Below, piece by piece: positions 57,612-64,000 of a stretch of DNA of 64,000 nt. Made by a program: the position numbers and the translations under genes. The notes beneath the pieces are model-generated. The model did not search any database. It had not been told where the DNA came from and saw only the letters and a list, made by a program, of their open reading frames with translations. This DNA is from Gemmatimonadota bacterium (GTDB lineage: Bacteria > Gemmatimonadota > Gemmatimonadetes > Gemmatimonadales > Gemmatimonadaceae). The DNA is taken from contig JAZJZK010000020.1 of NCBI GenBank assembly GCA_040389905.1, forward strand, positions 98,977 through 162,976, given 5' to 3'. Each line of letters starts with the position of its first letter. Position 1 is the first letter of the stretch.

Positions 57612-59225
57612 TTACTTCTTCACCACCGGCTTTGCGGCACTCGCCACCGTCGCGGATGCGAGCAGCGCATCCTGCGTGCGCGCGGCCGAGAGCAACGCGA
57701 TCGCACGTGAGAGTTGATGGTCTTCAGAGAGGCCGCGGATCTTCGCACCTGCGTCGCCAAGAACGAGGCGTGCCACTCGTTTGTCGAGCTCGTTGTCGAG
57801 CAGCTTGACGCTGACCGCATCGAACTTCGGATCGATGATGACGCCCGCCGTCGTCAGCCGCTTCCGCAGCTCTGCGCGCCATTCCGGCGTCACGGTGAAC
57901 TTCTTAGGCGCGCCCTTCAACTCGAACGCATAGGCATTCAATGTTGTGAACCACGCCTGCGCCTTGGGTGCGACGACGACCCGATAGAACTCCTGCTCCA
58001 GCGTCGTCAGCGTATCGTCGGGAACGATGAGATCGGGCGTGATGCCGCCGCCACCATACACCGTGCGTCCTGCATCCGACTTGTATGCCGGCTTCGCCTT
58101 CTTCTCCGCTTCAGTCTCCATCGAATCAGGACGAACTTCGACGAAGCGGCCATCGGCGAGCAGCTTGCGCTCACGGTGAATGCTGCGCCCGTTCGGCGTG
58201 TACCACTTGCCGGTGGTGATCTTGAGCGCGTATCCGCCATCGAGTGGGAACAGCGACTGCACCAAGCCCTTGCCGAAGCTCGTCGTGCCGAGCACCAGCG
58301 CACGATCGTGATCCTGAAGCGATCCGGCCACGATCTCGCTCGCCGACGCGGTGCCTCCATCGGTCAGGATGACGAGCGGCAGTTGGGTAGCAAGGTGCTC
58401 GCTCGTCGCGCGCGCAATTTCGTCCACCGTGTTGCGCCCGCGGACGTTGACGATTGGCTGGCCATCCTTGAGGAAGAGGGAACTCACCTCGAGCGACTGC
58501 TCGACGATGCCGCCGCCATTGTCGCGGAGATCGAGCACGAGCCCTTTCGCGCCCTGCTTCAGCAGTTCATTCGCCGCCGCAGTGACTTCTTCCGAGGTGT
58601 TCTCGTTGAACGTCTGGAGCGGGATGTAGCCGATGTTATCCGCGGCGATCATCGAAAAGGGAACCGCGGGCACCTTGATGATGGCGCGCGTGAAAGAGAG
58701 CTTGATCGGTTCCGTCACCGTCGGGCGGGCATACTGCACATTCACCGTCGTCCCGACGGGGCCGCGCAGCGCGTTGGACACCTGGTCGATCTTGATGTCG
58801 CCCGTCACGGACATGGTGTCGACCTTCGTAATGACGTCGCCCTCGAGGACACCGTTCGCTTCCGCCGGCGAGTTGTGGAACACGCGCTGCACGACGATTC
58901 GTGTGAGACCGTTGGCCTTTTGCTCCTCGAGCAGCATGCCGACGCCGCCGTAACGGCCGCCGACGCTGCGGTTGAACTCCTCGTTCAGCTTCGGCGAGAG
59001 CAACTCGCTGTAGGGGTCGTTCAGTTCGCGAATCAGCCCCTTGGCCGCTTTCTCGAAGATCGCGTCCTGCGCGAGTGTGTCCACGTACCGCTGCGACACG
59101 ATCTGCAGCACCGACTTGAACAGGTCCACCGGCGCTTTCGACGGTGAGGTATTGAGAAGAAATCCCCCGGCGACCATCGGGAGCAGCAACAGCGAAGCGA
59201 CGGCCGCAGTGCGTGGGCGAAGCAT
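57612..59225 (-). CDS. S41 family C-terminal processing protease (PDZ)
   Basis: LNDPYS, GGVG PDZ, DLRDNGGG, ASASEI, SFGKGLVQ, KWYTPNG. Confidence 0.92.
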   Translation of the reverse strand: MLRPRTAAVASLLLLPMVAGGFLLNTSPSKAPVDLFKSVLQIVSQRYVDTLAQDAIFEKAAKGLIRELNDPYSELLSPKLNEEFNRSVGGRYGGVGMLLEEQKANGLTRIVVQRVFHNSPAEANGVLEGDVITKVDTMSVTGDIKIDQVSNALRGPVGTTVNVQYARPTVTEPIKLSFTRAIIKVPAVPFSMIAADNIGYIPLQTFNENTSEEVTAAANELLKQGAKGLVLDLRDNGGGIVEQSLEVSSLFLKDGQPIVNVRGRNTVDEIARATSEHLATQLPLVILTDGGTASASEIVAGSLQDHDRALVLGTTSFGKGLVQSLFPLDGGYALKITTGKWYTPNGRSIHRERKLLADGRFVEVRPDSMETEAEKKAKPAYKSDAGRTVYGGGGITPDLIVPDDTLTTLEQEFYRVVVAPKAQAWFTTLNAYAFELKGAPKKFTVTPEWRAELRKRLTTAGVIIDPKFDAVSVKLLDNELDKRVARLVLGDAGAKIRGLSEDHQLSRAIALLSAARTQDALLASATVASAAKPVVKK

Positions 59226-59329
59226 TCGAACGACCTCAGAAGGAGGGTACCGGCCGCACGGACGCGACCGGTAGACTACACAATGTATCGAATCGGGACA
59301 CCCTTGTCTTGCAGTACCCTCTTTCGAGC

Positions 59330-60553
59330 TTACGGTCGAGCGGTCGCACGGAGTTTCCAGATTCCGTTGATCATGTCGGAAGCATAGACCGCGCCGTTCA
59401 CGTATTGGACACCCCAGACATAGACAGGGTTACCTCGGTCCAGCAGCCCTATCCCCAATTCTCGGCCCATTTTGCGAAGATCGCACATCGGGACCGTGGA
59501 ATTCGCCGGCTGCGATTTCTGCGCGTCGGTGCACGTGCCGAGGTCGCCTCGCACGTCCAGGGCCCGGACTCCACCGTTGTAGTACGCCGCATACAGAATT
59601 CCGTTCTGTTCATCCACCGAGAAGTTGTGCGTTCCGGCGCCGGCAACGGTGTAGAACGCCACTTCACGCGGCGCACTCATGGTGCTCACATCGACCACAT
59701 GGACATCTCCCACAGATGAGGCGCCGATCGAACCCGGCCCCTCCTCGCCGATGAACGCGTACTTCGTGTTGCCCGTGACGGGATCCTTCAACCACCAGAC
59801 GTTGTGAACTTCGCCATTCAGCGTCTTCACACGACCTACCTCTTTCGGCGCGGAGACCGATCCACCCAGCGCGCCTCCGCCAATATCCCAGATCGCGACG
59901 CCGTCGTTCCACAGCCCGAGAAAGAGCAAGCCGTCGCGGACGAAGGTGTCGTGCACGTAGGGCGTGCCGATGGTCTGCGTGTAGACCTGCTGCGGACTCG
60001 CCGGAACGCTGAGGTCCACGATGACAATGCGCGCTCCGACACCGCTCCCAGGATCGATGCACAGGAAGCCGTACAACTTTCCGTTTACTTGGCCGATTTC
60101 CGCCGTGTGAACGCCCAGGGTCGTGTTGTTATTCTGAAAGCGAGAGACGAACACCGGCTTCCGCGGATTGGCGAGGCTGTAGAGCACGATGGCGCCCGAT
60201 GCGCGTTCGGTGGCGACGACCAGCAGCGAACCGTCATCGCTCACGGCGACGTCGCCCAGCGTGGTGGCGTTGTCGACAATCACTGAATCGACCACCGCGG
60301 GCGTGTTGCCGGATACGTCCCAGATGTAGATAGCGCTCGAGGGGCCAGCATTTCCCCACGTCGTGGTGTACGCTGTCGTGCCGCGCACGAAGACTTCACC
60401 GGTGTACCGGGCCGGCTTGTAGTCTCCGCGGCCGAGCACCGCCATCGTCACCGGATTACTGGATGTGACGGGGACAACCGGGACATCGCTGATCTGGGCG
60501 ACAGAGCAGCCAACGGCGAGCGCGAGAAATATTGTGAGACGTCGTATGTGCAT
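59330..60553 (-). CDS. LVIVD-repeat beta-propeller lipoprotein
   Basis: AVGC lipobox; IVIVDLS.P, VHVVDVS repeats; His residues in VHT, VHD, VHN, THN. Confidence 0.72.
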   Translation of the reverse strand: MHIRRLTIFLALAVGCSVAQISDVPVVPVTSSNPVTMAVLGRGDYKPARYTGEVFVRGTTAYTTTWGNAGPSSAIYIWDVSGNTPAVVDSVIVDNATTLGDVAVSDDGSLLVVATERASGAIVLYSLANPRKPVFVSRFQNNNTTLGVHTAEIGQVNGKLYGFLCIDPGSGVGARIVIVDLSVPASPQQVYTQTIGTPYVHDTFVRDGLLFLGLWNDGVAIWDIGGGALGGSVSAPKEVGRVKTLNGEVHNVWWLKDPVTGNTKYAFIGEEGPGSIGASSVGDVHVVDVSTMSAPREVAFYTVAGAGTHNFSVDEQNGILYAAYYNGGVRALDVRGDLGTCTDAQKSQPANSTVPMCDLRKMGRELGIGLLDRGNPVYVWGVQYVNGAVYASDMINGIWKLRATARP

Positions 60554-60585
60554 CGAGATAATTGGCTTCGGAATGTAAACGGCGG

Positions 60586-60665
60586 GTGCAGACCCCTCGA
60601 TTCGCTTCGCTCACTCGGGGTGACAACGCATGTTTTGTCGCGCTGAACGGAGCGAAGGCCCGCAC
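60586..60665. repeat. REP-like doublet
   Basis: GTGCAGACCCCTCGA..GGGGTGACAA and GTTTTGTCGCGCTGAAC..GGCCCGCAC. Confidence 0.8.
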
Positions 60666-60676
60666 GTGCTTTGAAA

Positions 60677-61924
60677 TCAGTTCACCAGTGCTACCCCGTA
60701 GCGCCCCATTCGGGAATGGGCTGTTCCGGCGCGCAGGCGAAGCCCCACCGTGACCATCCAGAACGAAGAGGTACCGTACAGACGCTGCGGGGTGACGAGC
60801 GAGTTCGGTGTGCGAGGTGATGCGGCGAGGCGTGCAATTTCTACAAAGGGCAACCCTGACACCGTGGCGTAGGTCACGCTCGGTGCGTCGATGTGACCCG
60901 TCGCGACGCGCCAGCGCGTGATACCGTTGATGCTGAGGTCCGAGCTCGGCCTCGGCGTTCGAAACGCATCGGCGAGACGCTCTTCCTCTGGACGTTCCGT
61001 CTGCTCGAGTCGCAACGCGATCGTGAACTGGCCGGGCGCCGCCGAGGCTTCCACGAGGTGGGAGTCGTATTGAAAGACATCCAGCTGTCGGCCGTGGTCG
61101 CGTTCAATGGTACGAGACCACTCCCCGAGGACGTACAACCGACCACTGCGCGATGTCATTCTGGCCGACGCACTCGACTTCCGCTGGTCGAGTCCAAAGC
61201 CAGCTACCTGTTCCGGCGATGCGACACGCGCGTAGCTCGCCTGAACTTCAGTCCCCGCGCGCGGCAGGATCGTCCCGCGAAGAGACCAGGAATCGCCGAG
61301 GCGACTCATCGCCGGGAGCGAGGAGGGATGCGTGGGCTCGTCTCCGCCGAACGTCCCGGCTTCGACGATCACCGGCCCCGCACGGGCCGCGCCGATCAGC
61401 GTGCCGCGCTCGAGGATCTGCGAGAGGTGATGATTGATTGGATACTTGGCGAAGGGCCGCATCATCGGATCGTCGGTGCCAAATGGTGCAAAGCCCCGCC
61501 CAGCCGCTGCGGACCATGAGAGCGCGCCAGCACTGCCGCGCGCCGTGCCCATCAACTCGTGCACGTACGTGTGCGGGTGGCGTTTGTCCACGAAGCCTTC
61601 GCCGTGCGCCCCCGTGTTGAGCTCACCATCCGGCATCGTGATGCCTTCGGCGTTGAGCGTCGCATCGAGCGACGCGCGGCCTTGCCAGAACGCCAACCGG
61701 CCCATCGCGAACAGTTGCGTGAGGGTGAACTCGGTGCGGGCGATACCGCCAGCCGAGGGATCTGCGCGCGTCACGAGAGGAATGGCCTGCACCATGAGAT
61801 GGCGTCGCATCCCGCTGTCGGCGATCATGGTGGACATGTCGTGCCCGGCGTGCTGCGCCGAGAGTGCCGGCGCGAACAACGGGAGAGCGATGACAAGCGC
61901 CGACAAACGCCATTTCGAGGACAT
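60677..61924 (-). CDS. Hypothetical exported protein, probable outer-membrane beta-barrel with His/Met motifs
   Basis: Signal peptide then QHAGHDMSTM; DKRHPHTYVHEL; PINHH; alternating beta-strands. Confidence 0.6.
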   Translation of the reverse strand: MSSKWRLSALVIALPLFAPALSAQHAGHDMSTMIADSGMRRHLMVQAIPLVTRADPSAGGIARTEFTLTQLFAMGRLAFWQGRASLDATLNAEGITMPDGELNTGAHGEGFVDKRHPHTYVHELMGTARGSAGALSWSAAAGRGFAPFGTDDPMMRPFAKYPINHHLSQILERGTLIGAARAGPVIVEAGTFGGDEPTHPSSLPAMSRLGDSWSLRGTILPRAGTEVQASYARVASPEQVAGFGLDQRKSSASARMTSRSGRLYVLGEWSRTIERDHGRQLDVFQYDSHLVEASAAPGQFTIALRLEQTERPEEERLADAFRTPRPSSDLSINGITRWRVATGHIDAPSVTYATVSGLPFVEIARLAASPRTPNSLVTPQRLYGTSSFWMVTVGLRLRAGTAHSRMGRYGVALVN

Positions 61925-61980
61925 ACTCGTAAGTTAATGTGCATCCTGACGCTGCCATTCTTGGAGCGCATCGCCATGGA

Positions 61981-62070
61981 TGTCATCCCGAGTGAAGTCG
62001 AGGGATCTGCACGTTTCAACAGCATGAGGTGCAGACCCGCTCGACTCGCTGCGCTCGCTCGGGGTGACAA
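61981..62070. repeat. REP-like doublet
   Basis: TGTCATCCCGAGTGAAGTCGAGGGATCTGCAC and GTGCAGACCCGCTCGA..GGGGTGACAA. Confidence 0.85.
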
Positions 62071-62132
62071 TTCAGTAGTGGGACACCGAGTTCGACGTCG
62101 TCCCTTCGTCCCCCGCACCACATCACCGACTA

Positions 62133-63509
62133 ATGCGATTCCCCGGCAAGACCGAGCTCGGCGCGATGGTTCGACTGGCACTACCTGTCGTGATCGCGCA
62201 AGTCGGTTTGATGGCGATGGGAGTCGTCGACACGTTGATGGTTGGCCGGGTCAGCGCTGAGGCGCTTGCCGCCGTCGCGCTGGGGAATCTCTACTTCCTG
62301 TTCACCGTGTTTCCTGCCTCGGGCACGCTGATGGTGCTCGATCCCATCGTGGCGCAAGCCGTCGGCGCGCGCGACGAGGAAGGCGTTGCGCGCGGCATAC
62401 AGAGAGGGTTCGTGTTGGCGGTCGCGCTGAGTGTGTTGGCCAGCATCATTCTGCTGCCCGTGCGTCCCGTGCTTCAGCTGCTCCATCAGCCGCCCGCGAT
62501 CATCCCGATGGCGACGTCGTACGTCCTCGTCTCGATTCTCGGGATCCTGCCATTTCTCGGATTCGTCGTCCTGCGGCAGAGTCTCCAGGCACTCGGTTCC
62601 GTAAGGTCGATCGTCGCGGTGATCCTCGTTGCCAACCTGCTGAATGCGTTCCTGAACTGGGTGTTCGTATATGGACATCTCGGGAGCTCTGCGATGGGCG
62701 CGGTGGGTAGCGCCTGGGCAACACTAGCGAGCCGGTGGATGATGCTGCTTCTGCTGCTCGTCTTTGGGTGGCGCGCACTGCACCCCGCGCTGTTTCCATG
62801 GCGTCGGGAGACGTTTCATCTGGCGCCGATGCGGTCGATGCTGCACCTGGGCCTTCCCATCGGACTGCACCAAGGGCTCGAGCTCGGCGCTTTCGCCGCC
62901 ATCGGCGTGCTGATGGGCGTGCTCGGAACGCGCGAGATGGCCGCCCACCAGATTGCGATCAACCTCGCGAGTTTTTCGTTCATGGTGCCGCTCGGCGTGG
63001 GTGCTGCGGCAGCGGTGCGGGTGGGCCACGCGGCGGGTGCTGGTGACGGCGATGCGGCCCGCGAGGCGGCCAGCGCAGCGCTCTTCTGCGGCGTCGGGTT
63101 CATGCTCTTTACCGCCGCGGCCTTCCTACTGGCCCCGCATGCGATTGCCGAGCGCTACACGCGCGATGGGAACGTGGTCGCACTCGCGACGATGCTGATT
63201 CCGATTGCTGGTGTGTTTCAGGTCTTCGACGGGATTCAGGTCGTCTGCGCCGGGGTGCTGCGAGGGCTTGGTGATACGAAAGTGCCGTTCGTGATCAACC
63301 TGACGGGGTTCTGGCTCGTGGGCTTTCCGGTCAGCGTGGGACTCGGCTTCTTCACGACGTGGGGCGCGCCGGGGCTCTGGTCGGGGCTTGTCGCGGGGCT
63401 GGGCGTGGTTTCGTCGCTGCTGCTGTGGCGCGTCGTGCACCAGTTGCGGGGGCCGATTTCGCGCACGGTGGTCGAGGCCGACGAGTACCACCTCGCGACG
63501 GACGCCTGA
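62133..63509 (+). CDS. MATE family efflux transporter (NorM-like)
   Basis: LALPVVIAQ, VDTLMVG, AAHQIA, FQVFDGIQ, LRGLGDT. Confidence 0.92.
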   Translation: MRFPGKTELGAMVRLALPVVIAQVGLMAMGVVDTLMVGRVSAEALAAVALGNLYFLFTVFPASGTLMVLDPIVAQAVGARDEEGVARGIQRGFVLAVALSVLASIILLPVRPVLQLLHQPPAIIPMATSYVLVSILGILPFLGFVVLRQSLQALGSVRSIVAVILVANLLNAFLNWVFVYGHLGSSAMGAVGSAWATLASRWMMLLLLLVFGWRALHPALFPWRRETFHLAPMRSMLHLGLPIGLHQGLELGAFAAIGVLMGVLGTREMAAHQIAINLASFSFMVPLGVGAAAAVRVGHAAGAGDGDAAREAASAALFCGVGFMLFTAAAFLLAPHAIAERYTRDGNVVALATMLIPIAGVFQVFDGIQVVCAGVLRGLGDTKVPFVINLTGFWLVGFPVSVGLGFFTTWGAPGLWSGLVAGLGVVSSLLLWRVVHQLRGPISRTVVEADEYHLATDA

Positions 63510-63560
63510 GCGAAAAAAAGCGCCGCATGCGCGACGCTCCAGTTCTCCGATCGACCAGTT

Positions 63561-63782
63561 TTAGTTCTTGTGCCGGAAGGTGATGCGGCCGCGCGTGAGG
63601 TCGTACGGCGACACCTCGATCGTCACCCGATCACCAGCGAGAACGCGAATGCGGAAACGGCGCATGTTGCCGCCGAGCGTAGCAAGGACGTTGTGGCCGT
63701 TGGTGAGTTGCACCCGGAACGTAGCGTTCGGGAGCACTTCAGTGACGGCGCCCTCGAGCTGAATCGCGTCTTCTTTCGCCAT
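63561..63782 (-). CDS. infA: Translation initiation factor IF-1
   Basis: [32 protein letters not shown]. Confidence 0.97.
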   Translation of the reverse strand: MAKEDAIQLEGAVTEVLPNATFRVQLTNGHNVLATLGGNMRRFRIRVLAGDRVTIEVSPYDLTRGRITFRHKN

Positions 63783-63809
63783 CCGTTACTTGCGCAGTGG
63801 CCCGAGGGC

Positions 63810-63998
63810 TCAGCGCGAGCGCTCGGTGCGGCTGCGGCGGCGTGCCGCGGCGGCCTTGAGCTGCCGAGCTTCACTCGGCTTGACGTAGTAGCGCTTCTTG
63901 CGGAGATCCTTGAGGATTCCGGCCTTGGCGATCTTGCGCTTGAAGGCCTTGAGCGCCCAATCCAGGCGATCGCTTTCTTCGAGATGAATCTCGACCAT
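63810..63998 (-). CDS. rpsU: 30S ribosomal protein bS21
   Basis: ALKAFKRK..AGILKDLRKKRYYVKPSE. Confidence 0.93.
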   Translation of the reverse strand: MVEIHLEESDRLDWALKAFKRKIAKAGILKDLRKKRYYVKPSEARQLKAAAARRRSRTERSR

Positions 63999-64000
63999 CA

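Noticed and set aside
2034..62070. CRISPR array or integron attC interpretation of the dispersed repeats
   Set aside because: No regular repeat-spacer tandem, no cas or intI gene, no RYYYAAC...GTTRRRY ends
1..64000. tRNA, rRNA, riboswitch, prophage or autonomous transposase
   Set aside because: None recognised by eye; a cmscan/tRNAscan run is needed to exclude divergent RNAs

Overview
GC-rich bacterial chromosomal window with about 50 credible genes. Gene content (ADOP permease plus PadR, peptidase/TolB/Omp85 fusion, LVIVD protein, this pilin type) suggests a Gemmatimonadota-like soil bacterium; this is inference, not a database result. The first 13.5 kb is the most interesting part: a type IV pilin locus in which pilS-pilR are translationally coupled to two GT-C glycosyltransferases, a GT2 polyprenol-phosphate-sugar synthase and a TMTC-like (DUF1736+TPR) transferase, followed by a sigma54-driven pilA, a second TMTC-like gene and pilV/W/X-like minor pilins. 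It reads as a self-contained pilin O-glycosylation system. Each TMTC-like gene is followed by a copy of one palindromic element whose interior is inverted in one copy relative to the other. The rest holds arfB, envelope and peptidase genes, an oxidative (Weimberg-like) pentose cluster, a KirBac-like channel with a non-canonical filter, an lpoB cluster, an M16 peptidase pair, an EmrAB-TolC pump, MATE, infA and rpsU. Intergenic spaces are full of several palindromic repeat families: about 21 copies of one REP-like unit (one in-frame inside a gene, one pair bracketing an orphan gene) and several nested MITE-like elements. I saw no transposase, integrase, CRISPR array, tRNA or rRNA. All product calls come from motif recognition by eye, and many starts are re-assigned from the ORF track.
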